A DNA stretch of 64,000 bases from Tubiluchus corallicola (GCA_030141605.1 JAQGDQ010000633.1:58285-122284), one strand, 5' to 3'; counted from the stretch's first letter, positions 24,176-37,058 are shown. Notes: a model not told the origin generated them from the letters alone. A program made the numbers and translations.

Positions 24176-24667
24176 GTTGTGCATGTTACAGCAGACAGCA
24201 GTACCAACTGTTCATCTGGTGCGAATTTGCGTCAGGCAGATGCGGAATTTCCGCCGGCAGTGCGGCTACCGGACGGCGAAGAACACAGGAGTAAATCGTC
24301 GTGGTGGCAGCACTCGTCGAGTAACGACGAGATATTGCGCACGTGCATTCGTCCGCCCCCCAACAGATGTATTTACGAGATCGAGAGGCAACCGTCGCCG
24401 TCGCCGCGAGAAAAATCAAACTCCATATCGTCGGCACCTCTTCGCGGCGGTTATTCACAAAGACTCGCGCCAGACGGAGCCACTGTGAGTAGGTCGTGCG
24501 CAAACAGTTCAGCTGCCGTTAGCCGTTCTAGCAGCTGTAGTGAATCGAATCTGACTGAAGGCAGCAGTGGTGGCGACGGCAGCGTTTGCCGGAACCGTTC
24601 AGCGACCGTCAGTACGACCACTTGCTGCACTTCCTCGTGGTCCGATACACAAACTCCAAACATTTGA
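24176..24667 (+). CDS. PMEPA1/LDLRAD4 (TMEPAI family)-like protein, last coding exon
   Basis: TTACAG| phase 0; EFPPAVRLPDGEE...EILRTCIRPPPNRCIYE...SNSISSA parallels PMEPA1 DLPPTISLSDGEE...ELNRESVRAPPNRTIFD...SNSGISA; TGA at 24665-24667; AATAAA at 25113. Confidence 0.8.
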   Translation, partial: VVHVTADSSTNCSSGANLRQADAEFPPAVRLPDGEEHRSKSSWWQHSSSNDEILRTCIRPPPNRCIYEIERQPSPSPREKSNSISSAPLRGGYSQRLAPDGATVSRSCANSSAAVSRSSSCSESNLTEGSSGGDGSVCRNRSATVSTTTCCTSSWSDTQTPNI

Positions 24668-25364
24668 CGGCTACTGCAACTGCAGCATTTTAGTCTTTCA
24701 TAAATTAATGTACATCTGATATGAACGCCGCCAATCTATGTAACTGTGATCTGATCTTGCTTAGTGCCGACTTTGCAGTTTGTGCTGCTGAATTACTGAA
24801 AAATCAGTTACTGATTAAAATGGTTTATGTTATCCTTATTGCCGTGAAGCAGAATTTCACCAAAAGCAAAACTGAGTGAAATGTGGCACTGTGCTGTACA
24901 AACAGAAGCCCAGTTTCAATAGAACATACGTCATACTCATCGTTAGATCTATAAAATGCCGTTCTGCTCGTACAACACTACGTGAACTAAGCTGCGTCAT
25001 TTCTCAACTCTTACTCGGAAGACGTGAGTTGCTCTATTTGAAGGAAATCAAACAGAGGTTGTGATGTCAGACTCTAGCCAATAAGCGACACAAATGCATA
25101 GATCACAGATTTAATAAATACCGTAGTTTCGTTGCTGCGAGCGTCGCTGCCCGTAATCTGTTCATAGTTGTTCGTATCTTATGTTGTCTTGCCTACAATA
25201 CAGCTGTTCATGTTCAATATTTTACCGTTTACTTTTTACAGATCTGAAAGCGATGATGTAAAGAGAGGTATTTAGAGATGTCGTTGTTGAGATTAAAGAA
25301 GTCTAATTTACGTAATTTGTCCATGAATAATTCAAGCAATGTTGCTTTTTCGCCGTAAATCACT

Positions 25365-25559
25365 AACGTCTTGGCCACCTAGTGTTGAATTACTGGAACT
25401 CTCTTCACTGTTCATACAGTCACCTTGTAACGTCTTGGCCACCTAGTGTTGAATTACTGGAACTCTCTTCACTGTTCATACAGTCACCTTGTAACGTCTT
25501 GGCCACCTAGTGTTGAATTACTGCAACTTTCTTCACTGTTCATACAATCACCTTGTAAC
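25365..25559. repeat. 65-bp tandem repeat, 3 copies
   Basis: AACGTCTTGGCCACCTAGTGTTGAATTACTG x3. Confidence 0.9.
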
Positions 25560-25730
25560 ACAATAGTTAAACGCTTGAGCTGTGATATTCTTCGAATCAA
25601 CCATGTTATGCAACAACGTCTTTTCTTCCATTATCTGAAAATTTATTTACTTGTGGCAAAACAGATTTGCTATTTTAATACCGAGTTTGTTTACGTCTGT
25701 TCGTGAGTCTATGGTAGTACATATGAGATA

Positions 25731-26327
25731 CAGTAACCTACGTATAACTCGAATTCTTGCGTGACTCTAACAGATCTCGTGGAACGGATTTTCCCTTTCG
25801 TTTTTTCCTTCAACAAACATCGTCTAACTGGAATTATTGCGTAACTCAAACCGAACTCCCAGTAAACTTCTTAAGAGTCTGATCGAAATGACCTCGCTTA
25901 TCTCAAACTAGCTCCAAAGTGAGAAATCCTACACGAAAGTGTGCACCACATTACAATTTTAACTGCTAGTTTCAGCAAAAATACTAAGATTTATTGTATT
26001 ACCTTAACAGAACACTGCACACAACATGGCTTAACAAACGTGGTTTAATGTAGATCACAATATTATTATTGCCGAATTCTATTAACCATCCGACTCAGAC
26101 TACAATAGACGTGGACGAGTCATTTTATTTTCGATATTCATAAAAATTGTTGTTTAATATTTGATTAAAGGCTGTCAGTTTGTCATTTTCACAGCCTGCA
26201 CTGTTACTAGTGCATTGTCCGACATTGATAAATGACTCAATCTTGTTTTCTTATGAACATTGTCTAACTCGTACCCTCCCAGAACTCGTACAAATTTTCC
26301 AGTATTCGAGTTATACATTGTTTGCTG
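25731..26327. mobile_element. Tc1/pogo-like MITE (unexpanded relative of 21301-22176)
   Basis: TA|CAGTAACC...TTTGCTG|TA; interior 25940-26300 aligns with 21350-22140. Confidence 0.75.
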
Positions 26328-26996
26328 TACATCAAAGCTAGGGTCGTATTTGAAGTCTAACTCATCATTTGGTACTCGTAGAGCTTTTCAATTCAAATTC
26401 ACACCTTTTGCTTTCCGCATAAATTAGAGTTAATCGCGCGAGCGTAAAAAAAATTTGACGAGACACAGCTTATCATGTAAATCTTGAAATTTAGATAAGA
26501 TTTGTTTGTATTTACGTATAGAATTTGTAGATATTGTATAACAAAGTCACCAGTTGGCTGCTGCTTGTTGTTGTTGTTTTTGTTTAATTTACCAACAACT
26601 AAGTTCCGTTGCATCTAATGTTCGACTCGATAAGCTCTCCTATTTACATAGTAAGTAAGGAATGAAATTATTGTTCATTAATGCAGCCACTCATATTTCT
26701 TCTTATTATTATTATTACTATTATTATTATTATTATTAACATTATAATGTTGTCTATACTGTTTAGCTATTTTATGCTTAGGTATGATTGTGAGTAACGT
26801 GTTTGGTTGTTTTCTGTTATTACGGACACTGTTTGGTAACACAGTCGGATTTAATCACTTGCATGATGATGTCCCCAGTCCTTCCCCTCAGTTCAATGTG
26901 TTTTAAACTCGGCAACTATCTTCTTTGGGAAATTTTGTTTCAATGCGGCATATTCTGTTTTCTTGTATTGTTGTTTCGAGCAAATTTTGAGAAGAA

Positions 26997-27460
26997 CCCC
27001 ATTCGCAGTTTCGTTGTGCGCCAGCGTAGTTGTTGTTGGTTAAGCGTACCACAGCAACACATCATAATTACAACCGTCACGTGACCTGGGTAAAACAAAG
27101 CTGTCTGCCATATCAGTTCACTAACCTTAGTGTTTTGCATGGACTTTACTTAACTATGCATTAGTCTGTGCATAGAGTGATTTACTAGCAGGATCTTGCT
27201 TGGGAACAAGAAAAAATGAACTAGGTAAGGTTCTAGCTAGCTGTTTAAACTGTTATTATTACAATAGCATGGGCTGCGAGGTGTTGTCAAGTGTAAACAA
27301 ATGTGTTGTCTGGTACACTTAACCTTTGACCTTTTCGCAATCATCAATCGCTGGAACTGCAAAAAGGCTTATTGAGGTGTGAATGATTAAATACGTTATG
27401 TGGTAGACTTAACCTTTGACCTTTTCACGATTATCAATTGCTAAAACTGTGAAAAGGCTT
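26997..27460 (+). mobile_element. AGCCTTTTCAC-family MITE copy with partially duplicated end
   Basis: matches 11316-11556; ends AAAAGGCTT twice. Confidence 0.65.
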
Positions 27461-28254
27461 TTTGTGCAATTAATTACTACTGTCGACCTCGAGACTAATC
27501 TATGGTATGTACCGAATGTGACAACATCCATCTCAGACAAAGTCTCGGTGCACGGAGTCTGAAAAAATCGCAAGAGACGTTGCCTCTTGATGAAAGAATC
27601 GATTAGGAAATAAAAAAACACGACTGAAATGAAATGACAATTACGAAATGGAAAAAACCGAAATAGTAGTTTTTTTGGGGGGGGGTGAAAGAAAACATGG
27701 CCTTTGTTGGATTCTTGCATCGAGAGGCAACGTCTCACGGTTAGTGACATTTTGACGATACTAATCTCTTGGGAAGTTTTTCATATCATTAACACAAAGA
27801 ATGTAAACTGCCCAAAAAATTAGTATTAGCAATATTATGTAATCTTTTCCTTTAATGTGAATCAAAACTGCAGCGGTAATTTGAAACGTCGTGCTGCTTT
27901 CTCATTTCTTACTTGTGGGACTTTTTCATTGTCTGTATTCTTGTCATTGCGAATTAAATTTCTATCAAAGTTTGCCATTGGCTATAGACATCTCATTTAT
28001 GAAATCCACTTCTCCGGATTACATTCAGCCGAAATCGGAAACTCGAAATGGCGACTAGCTGTGCTGCTTGATAAGTGATTGCTTGTGAGATATTGTGTCC
28101 AAGCTTCCCAATCAACCGGATGGATTAATAACATTGTTTTTCTTAGATGTCATTGAGGTGAATCGAAATTGCAAATGAGTTGTACGGAGCTGTTTACTTT
28201 ATCGTGAGACTCTTTGGTTCTTCGTATGAGCTCATTTAGAAGAAATGACAATGT

Positions 28255-29190
28255 GTCCTGCGACTCCATTAGCAGTAAGTTTACTGCCAACTCCGCAACC
28301 CTGTATCCTTCGATGATGCTGTGGAGTTTAACAACTACGACTCCATTTGCAGTAAATTTACTGTCGACTCTAACTCTGCAACCCTGTATCCTTCGATGGC
28401 TGTGGAGCTGAACGACTCCGACTCCATTAGCAGTAAATTTACTGTCGACTTCAACTCTGCAGCCCTGTGACCTGCGAAGGCTGTGGAGTTTAACGCAGTA
28501 AGTTTACTGCCGACTCCAACTCCGCAGCCCTGTGTCCTGCGATTGTTGTGGAGTTCAACAACTCTGACTCCATTAGCAGTAAGTTTACTGCCGACTCCAA
28601 TTCCGCAGCCCTGTGCCCTGCGATTGTTGTGGAGTTCAACAACTCTGACTCCATTAGCAGTAAATTTACTGCCTGCTCCAACTCCGCAACCCTGTGTCCT
28701 GCGATGGCTGTGGAGTTCAACAACTCTGACTCCATTAGCAGTAAGTTTACTGCCGACTCCAACTCCGCAGCCCTGTGTCCTGCGATTGCTGTGGAGTTCA
28801 ACAACTCTGACTCCATTAGCAGTAAGTTTACTGCTGACTCCAACTCCGCAGCCCTGTGTCCTGCGATGGCTGTGGAGTTCAACAACTCTGACTCCACTAG
28901 CAGTAAGTTTACTGCCGACTCCAACTCCGCAGTCCTGTGCCCTGCGATTGTTGTGGAGTTCAACAACTCTGACTCCACTAGCAGTAAGTTTACTGCTGAC
29001 TCCAACTCTGCAGCCCTGTGTCCTGCGAAGGCTATGGAGTTGAACAACTCTGACTCCACTAGCAGTAAGTTTACTGCTGACTCCAACTCCGCAGCCCTGT
29101 GTCCTGCGATGGTTGTGGAGTTGAACAACTCTGACTCCACTAGCAGTAAGTTTACTGCCAGCTCCAACTCCGCAGCCCTGTGTCCTGCAT
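28255..29190. repeat. 81-bp minisatellite, ~11 copies
   Basis: period 81 (28515, 28596...); unit contains GACTCCAACTCCGCAGCCCTG and the near-palindrome GCAGTAAGTTTACTGC. Confidence 0.95.
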
Positions 29191-30183
29191 TGCATAACTA
29201 ATATTTCATCTTTATACATCACGGTAATTGTAGCCTCAATCGCTTTATTGAAAAAAGTTTAACAAGGCCACCATTGTACTTTAATTCTCTTCATCGTCCC
29301 TAGCAACGAATCAGCTGTAATCAAAGTTTGATTCACCTGCTGAACAAAAACCTGCGTGACTGAACTTTTTGAAGAATCAGACTGCTAATTTTCACAAAAT
29401 CACGGCATTCGTGGTTATAGTTGTAGTACTAATAATATGATACAAGTCCGTAATTTCTAGGATTGTTCCTGTTTGTAAACTGGGTCTGAAACTTTGATAC
29501 TTGTAGAAATATCTGGACAATGGGTTTTTTCGTTGGTTTTTAAAATGTTTAGTTAAGTTGGTTGTGCATTGCAAGGAATTGTGGTGTAACTCGATGGCAT
29601 AGTTAACGTTCGAAACCAAATTTTTGCATGAAGATAATGAATAATCGTGTTAGCTGTTTTATCAGTTATGCAGAGTAACTGAACTAGAGTAACTGTAGAG
29701 TAACTGAACTAAGTTAACATTTGCTGAAAAGTAAAGAAAATTTACAGTTTACCTTTCGAGTCGTGTGCATTTTATACGGTCAATGAGCAAAAGCAGTCTA
29801 ACGTATGAGTACATAGTTGTAATTTTCTTAAACACGATTGCTTGTATTCTCTAAATGTTTTGCTGAAAGGATACCGTTTTTACTGAAGAAAGATTTGTTT
29901 AGATCAAGCTTGTTTTAAGAGTTGACAGCGTTTATTAGTATTTTTGCTTTCAGCAGGTAATCATGTTATGAAAAATGATTTTACGTGTGAAATAAACGAG
30001 TATTTGATACTATAGCTGTAATTGTGGCATTTGAAAAACGAGTAAAGCTAAAGAAACCGACATGGTAAATCTTTATCAAAGTTTCAGCAGTTATTGTGAA
30101 CATTATAAACCATTGCAAAGCATAAATCCGTAATGTTATACCGACAGAATTTTTTGTGTGTGTGGGGGGTACCAACCTAGTAC

Positions 30184-30588
30184 CGATAACTGAACACAAT
30201 ACTGCAAGTGTTTCTGATAACTGAACACAATACTGCAAGTGTTTCTGATAACTGAACACAATACTGCAAGTGTTTCTGATAACTGAACACAATACTGCAA
30301 GTGTTTCTGATAACTGAACACAATACTGCAAGTGTTTCTGATAACTGAACACAATACTGCAAGAGTTTCTGATAACTGAACACAATACTGCAAGTGTTTC
30401 TGATAACTGAACACAATACTGCAAGTGTTTCTGATAACTGAACACAATTAATACTACAAAAGCGTTTCCGATAACTGAACACAATTAATACTACAAAAGC
30501 ATTTCCGATAACTGAACACAATTAATACTGCAAAAGCGTTTCCGATAATTTAACACAATTAATACTACAAAAGCGTTTCCGATAACTA
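30184..30588. repeat. 31-bp minisatellite grading into a 35-bp variant
   Basis: unit GATAACTGAACACAATACTGCAAGTGTTTCT. Confidence 0.95.
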
Positions 30589-32044
30589 ATATCTAAAAAC
30601 GTTACCATTTTGCTTAAATAACTTTTTAGTTTATTTTCTGTATTATTTGTATTAAATAATAATGTACAAAATGATTTTTCGTTACATTTTTATTTTGCCT
30701 CCATTGAATAATAATTTTGCAACGATTTCACTTTCTGAGAATTTCTTTTACTTTTCTATACTGCCCGTATTAAATAACAATAATATTTCTTTGTTGTTTG
30801 TGTTAAAATTAATAAATATTTTAAAATGATTTTACTTCTTTGCTTTCTTCATAACCCATCAAAATCCTTGCTTTGTGTTTCTAACTTATGTCTTACTGCG
30901 CAGAAGGAAGACTGAAAATCGTGAAATTGAAAAACTTGTATCACATTGTCCTGAAGCTCACGATTTCTTTATCTTATTTTTATTAATTATTAGTTCTTAA
31001 TTATGATCATTAGTCATATTATTACATTCTCTTGTTAAAACATTAAAAATCCCACACAAGAAATTTCAGCTATAAAATACGTCTATTTCTTTATATACAG
31101 TCTAAACTTTCATCCTTGAACTAGTATGCATAACATTTACCTTCATTGAATTGCTGGCTTCCTTGCTTCATGGAAAAAACTTACCTGGGCAGTTGGCTTT
31201 CAGAGGTGACTGATTAAGCATGTGACTTAAACTGAGAGAGCAATGTGTAGTGTTATTAATGATTTATATAAATAAAGCTCACCTGTATTATACTTGAATT
31301 CTACTAATTCGCACGAACATTTCAAATTATTATTTCTAGTTACGCAAGTCTTTCTGCTGGATGCTGCACGGTGCTGCCATCTGGTAACGAAAATAATATG
31401 AAGGCAATTTACACTGCTTTTTATGTAATATATTGGTGTGTGTGTGTGTGTGTGTGTGTATGTGAGCGTGCGTGTGCGTACGTGTGCATGTGAAAATTCA
31501 GTGCTTAAGATCATAACCCTTGTTACCCTAATGGTTAATCTGTCCTGTACAGCATGTTTTAAATTGCTGTTCATATACTGTACCATGTTGCTCAAAGTAC
31601 CTGTAGTGATCCTGATTACCTGTCGAACTTTGTGAACTTGGCCGTGTCAAAGCTACGTGCAATGAAACATTTTTATGCGTGTGTAAATACAATTTAGAGA
31701 GTTGCTCATATTCAGCTATTTAAAACAGCAATTACGACAGAAATATTTGTATTTTTTCTTAAAAAGATTTACAGTAAAAACGATAATTCTGTGAAATTAC
31801 ACTAATAGTTTAAATATTTAGTTACATTAAGCAGAGTCAGAATGATCAAACGTGTACAAAATAATTCGCAACATAAAACCAGTTTTACTTGAATCCAGCA
31901 TGCAATGATCCAGTAGCAAATGTTGGGCAAGAACAAAGGAACAATTCATAGAACGCCAACAACTGAAACAGAAAAAAGAGACAAATATAAAATAGTGTTT
32001 TTGTTTACTGGTTACTAATCATACGGCCATAATATCCTCTTAGG

Positions 32045-32667
32045 CAGGGGGGGGGTAGCTAGGTTCTAATTCTAAAGTTAGGCGGGGGGAGGGGGGGGGC
32101 TAGCACACAACAAGAGGTGCCATAACACATAACGAACAATTTCTAACATACTTATTATACATTTTAATTTTGCGTTTAAAATCAAAACACGGGGAAGATA
32201 CAGTTTTAAAGGAAGTGCGTAATTGTTATTTTGTATTTAAAGTTAGAACACAATAAAAAGTTTATGTCCATGGAATTTCTTACCGTAAAAAAATCTATGA
32301 TAGTATGATTGTTTTTCTAAATAATCTTAACAACAGACATCATAAAACATGTTCATAACAAAAACGTAAAGACACTGTAACTTGAATTTGCAATTATATA
32401 ATTATCAGTAGGAATACTACAAGACAATACTGTCTAGATAGTGTGACAAGAACGCATTATAGCAATTAGATTTGGGGTAATTTGATCTTTGATTCAGTCA
32501 GTCAACCTTGACAAATAAGTTACATAAATGATTTCAAAACACTGGGGCAGGTTGGTCAAATACAGTAATGACTCCATTGTTGAAAAGAAGCCAATTTTTA
32601 AAAATGTGCTTAGACGAAGTAGTTGCTACACGTGGAGTAGTTGCTACCCTTGTTAACTATGCCACTG
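32045..32667. mobile_element. CAGGGGCGTAGC-type TIR element (hAT-like)
   Basis: ends CAGGGGGGGGGTAGCTAGGTTCT / TAACTATGCCACTG; the same ends occur inverted at 46010-46100; TSD not preserved. Confidence 0.55.
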
Positions 32668-32824
32668 CCTATGGGCCAGTAGCTTAAGGCTGCACGAGTT
32701 GGGTGCCCAAGCTTTGGTAAAAATCTGTTTATTCACTACGGATTCTGTTGAACTACATGCTAATTTGGTTTGCAATAAATAATAAAATAGTGCTACTTCT
32801 TAAAAAAATATTTTCGTCGACAAA

Positions 32825-32895
32825 CAAAAGACAGCTATTCTAGTTTATTTAAAGAATTTGCAATACATTTACTTTAAGCAACAATGTAAATGTCA
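32825..32895 (-). other. DAD1: candidate DAD1 non-coding last exon
   Basis: minus-strand acceptor ATTTTTCAG ending at 32896, AATAAA at 32849-32844; would pair with donor GTAAGT at 33460. Confidence 0.4.
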
Positions 32896-33088
32896 CTGAA
32901 AAATATCACGTGTAAAAAATATTAAACGAGTGAGTTAAAGTGTGGGTCTGTCTGTGGGGGACCCACAATTTCGTTAGTCCCAAAGACCCCCCAAAAAGTC
33001 ATAATCATAATATGGGAAAATAGTAAACATATCAACACTCCACTCAATTTTTTTAATGCCAGATGAATTTTGACAATACCTCTCAACC

Positions 33089-33355
33089 CATGCTATTGTA
33101 ATAGTAACAATTTTAACAGTTAGCTAGAACCTGACCTAGTTCATTTTTTCCTTGTTTGCAAGCAAGATCATGCTAAGCACAAACTAATGCACAGTTAAGT
33201 AAAGCCCACATAAAACAACTGATGTTACTGAACTGATGCGACAGACGGATTTGCTGTACCCACGTGACGGACATAGTTAAGACACATTTCTGTGATACAC
33301 TTGGCCTTTGACCTACAGCAACTGCGCATGCGCACAATGAAACTGTGAAAAGGCT
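33089..33355 (-). mobile_element. AGCCTTTTCAC-family MITE copy
   Basis: reverse complement of 11316-11556; ends GTGAAAAGGCT. Confidence 0.7.
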
Positions 33356-33472
33356 TACTGTCACAGTAAAATTGCACAACAAGTTTTCATTAAAATAATT
33401 TCAAGTAAAGGTAATTATATTCTGTTAAATGTTTACAAGTTGAGAACGAATGTAACTTACCAGTATTTATAT

Positions 33473-33603
33473 TTAACCAATGAAATTCATTACAACTAGA
33501 TGCAGTACCACATGTGCAAAAATGAAGTCTGCGAATGCTCTTTCAGGACTCATTCCGGAAAATTCCTTCTTGTTTTGAGGGTTTACTTGAACACGCAAAC
33601 AAA
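33473..33603 (-). CDS. DAD1: DAD1 (OST subunit) exon 2
   Basis: TTTTCAG| (V)[42 protein letters not shown]; with exon 1 totals 342 nt = 113 aa. Confidence 0.97.
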
Positions 33604-34906
33604 CTGAAAAACAAATATACCAAAATTCACAATCAATGCACAACCCTCCTCTGCAAGCACCAGATTTTGCATGAAGCTGTAAAACACATCACACCACATC
33701 ACACTACGCCACCTACATTATACACCATTCACCACACAGTTTCATGAAGACAACACACTGCCTGTTTTGGATAGAAGCATGTGGTGCCTCCTTGTGTTTG
33801 TTTTTTGCAAATTTAGGCTGTTGATAGACAGGTGAGCTAGGACAGGAAATAGGCCATTGGCCTCATTTTGCAGACAGGATAGGAAAGAAGTCATTCTTGT
33901 TCAGTACGTCGCGTCGTTTTATCACAAAATTTTGTCAGTCGAGTTCTCTTTAGCAGGTTAGTAAGATGCGGCAAAGATGTAAGTTTGATTTCTTCATATA
34001 TTATAAAATTAGTATACATAGCAGTTAAGTATCTTTTTGACATTTGTTTAGCAGAAAATGTTTTTATTTGCTTCAGATAAAACGAAGTCGAGTCGCACAT
34101 AATATGTCAGTCAGTTAGTCAGTCAAATATGTCGTGATGTGATGGTGATTTTGGGATGAGACGACGATTGCCCATTTTAGACAATAAAAAATCATAAATT
34201 ACATCTAAAAGACAGTTGGACTTGTATTTAGAGCATGTCGTGCACACCGCCGACACCACACTACCCCAACACCATCCATACCACCCAGCACACTACACCC
34301 ACAACATTATCCACATCCACCGCTCCAAGTACAGTGCATCACTCACACCAAATCACTGCCAATGGCTATGATGATGGCAACAACGACAATGAAAAAAATA
34401 ACAGTCTAGTGAAACACTGCAAAAACGTTTTGCGTACAGTCGAAACCGTGATATTACTAATGCTCTTAGACCCATCCACTGATGATCATTAATGCACACA
34501 CATTCCACATAGCATCTTTTAAGCCAAAGTCTGTAGGCAGAATAATATGTACGACATCGCTAATAATGGCTTCGCATTTTCCAAGCGGTAGTCACCCAAA
34601 ATCAAACCTCCAATAATTTGTAACTGTTTCTTGTGGCGCAGGCGAGCGTAACAAATTTTTTTTAGCTCATACGCTTTCTGAAGATAAAAAAGCTTTGAAA
34701 CAAGTCCAAAAACGCCAGAAAAATTGTAACTATTGTTATAATTTACGATAAAAAATCACATTATGAACAGTGTTACTGTTATTAAGAGGTTGGACCCAGT
34801 ACACAAAACTAGGAGTCAGCTGCTCTTATTATCTTAGTACAGAAAATTAAGGTAAGCACATGAGAAAATGTTCAGGAATCAAATTTTACATAACATGCAA
34901 TATTAC

Positions 34907-35117
34907 CTGCAAGAACAAAGGAACCTATGCAAGAAATAAACCCGGAGAGAAATGAATTGAAAGGAAATGTGCCAACAAGACAACAATAAACAAACTGCAC
35001 AATTCCTGTCAAAACAACGTATAACAAATAGGAATCTACAATTTTGAGTTTTTTCGGCGTGTTGCTTGCATATTCATTTAAAAATTTGGAAATCACAGAT
35101 ACTAAATTAGAAGACAT
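34907..35117 (-). CDS. DAD1: DAD1 (oligosaccharyltransferase subunit, defender against cell death 1) exon 1
   Basis: [70 protein letters not shown]; 211 nt, phase-1 donor G|GTAATA. Confidence 0.97.
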
Positions 35118-35878
35118 TGTATCACGAAAATTTTACAATCCCTCTGTAAATTGTTATTGAAGTAAACATAAAACGTGGCTACAAAAAGACGTTTCACCGG
35201 TTTGCCAGCAGATCTTGTTTGCCACCTAACGGACTCTATTAGTACTAAATTTTTAATATTTGCCACGCTAATTTACTGTTTACTCGTTCCACGTGATTGA
35301 CGTGGCTACGGTTGGTTGTAAAACTTTTTTATTTATCCAATTCTTTTAGCACATTATTTTTTGCACCAATGCCTGCTTGTAATAATTTTGTTGAAGACTA
35401 ACAAATTGTTTTAGGTTTTGAGAGCATCGCCAACAGTGCACAAGATAATTACGCATGACAACCAACTATAATTGTGTTACTACTAGGCCATCTCTTTACT
35501 TTTGTGTTTAGTTTACTGTAGTATATAAAATTAGATTTAAATCGTTAAATATCTTGTTGTAATTTTCCAATAATTTATGTACCATTACTGAGAAGTGGAA
35601 ACTGCAAGTTGTTACGTACTTCTCGAGGACAAATAATTTTACAACTTCCAAGATACTGTGTATGAATCATTCAAAGATAAGGACCAGTTTTTGTCTGCAT
35701 TTTTTTATGACACTTTCTACTGAATCTTCACATACGTTGTGTTACAGCATTTTTATTAATAAATCAATAAATTTTTGTTATTGAATAATTAATGGATAAA
35801 TTTTAGTTACTAATTAGTACATACCTGTAGCATTGTTGTTTTATTTTTTATTGCAACGAAACCATTGATTTGTTTAAG
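35118..35878. promoter_or_regulatory. bidirectional promoter region DAD1 / DENND3-like
   Basis: divergent ATGs at 35117 (-) and 35884 (+); CCACGTG at 35289 and TGACGTGG at 35298. Confidence 0.6.
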
Positions 35879-35883
35879 GCACA

Positions 35884-35967
35884 ATGGCTGGTACCATGTA
35901 TAATAAACTGATTGAAGCTGTAGTTGTGATTGGTATGGATAGTGACACTGGACTGATTACCCAACAG
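35884..35967 (+). CDS. DENND3: DENND3-like coding exon 1
   Basis: MAGTMYNKLIEAVVVIGMDSDTGLITQQ, a uDENN-type start; donor CAG|GTACCC, phase 0; acceptor at 35878 implies an upstream UTR exon. Confidence 0.75.
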
Positions 35968-36179
35968 GTACCCACCCTATAACAGAATTTTCCAACTTAA
36001 TTAATGTAGCATATTAGTAATTGAAATGTGCTTTGTGTACCTAATTACAGTGGGCAGATATTGTAGTTTTTGGTGAATCTGTTATTTGTGGTTGCTTTTT
36101 GATTAGTTTAATAATAGTGTTTACAGATGACAGTGAGTTAAATGAGCATAAAGAAATTCAATGAATTTAGTTGTACGTG

Positions 36180-36987
36180 CAGTCAAACCTCATTATGCCG
36201 CTCCCTTTAGGATGAGAAAAAAGTTCGCATTATAGCGAGTTTGATGTTAAAACGCGGTGTGTTAAATTTTGCTGTAAATGAATCTCAGAACTGTCAGGAC
36301 AAGTGTAGACTTGTTAGAGTCCTCGATTTTTGCTCTAAATGTTAAAGAATTAAAAGAAAATTGTTTAATTAAATCATTTGTGAATTAAGGACTCACTCAA
36401 GATTGATCATCTTTATCAAGAACATTTTGTTTACATAATAAATGTGTCTTGTGTTCAATTATAAATGTGTAATAAACCGTTGGCCTATTTCTGTACTAAT
36501 CATTTATGTGTAAAATATGGTTAAGTCATAAATACAAATTTCTTACTGGGATTTGCTTGGATGGTTCATAGAAAACAAGTAAATATCACGTTTCTTGTGG
36601 CAAAAAAAGAACCACGTTTTTCTATCAGTTACTGTTATAACTTTGTGGTGCATTGACAATATTATCAGAGCTATCAATCCTTTACTATTGTGAATGTACA
36701 ATGTACAGTACAGCTTGAAAACAATCAAAGCATGATAACATGTAGTATTTCACACGACATGTGACGTCTAAGCTAGTCAGCATTGCATGTTGCAGCTTCG
36801 TACAGCTGGTATAATATCAAGGTCGCTGGCATGACAGGTGGTTTTTCCCCATTGAACATATTAATTTGAATGGTGGGTGGCAGGTAAGAGGTGGCAGTAT
36901 AACGGGTTGTTTTTATATTCAGTTTACTACAGAAATTTTGTTTTTGCAGACGGTAAACAAGTTTAGCGGTACACTGAGGTTTGACTG
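36180..36987. mobile_element. Tc1/pogo (Tigger-like) non-autonomous element
   Basis: TIRs CAGTCAAACCTCA / TGAGGTTTGACTG|TA. Confidence 0.8.
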
Positions 36988-37058
36988 TATTCTTGGAAAT
37001 TTTGCGCATAACTTCCAGATTATATGCATGTTTAAGTGTATGGTTTCTTTTAAATTAG

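Noticed and set aside
31185-31231. Minus-strand 47-nt exon-like segment (CTCTCAG...CAG|GTAAGT)
   Set aside because: No protein similarity or partner exons; could be an alternative DAD1 UTR exon but is unsupported.
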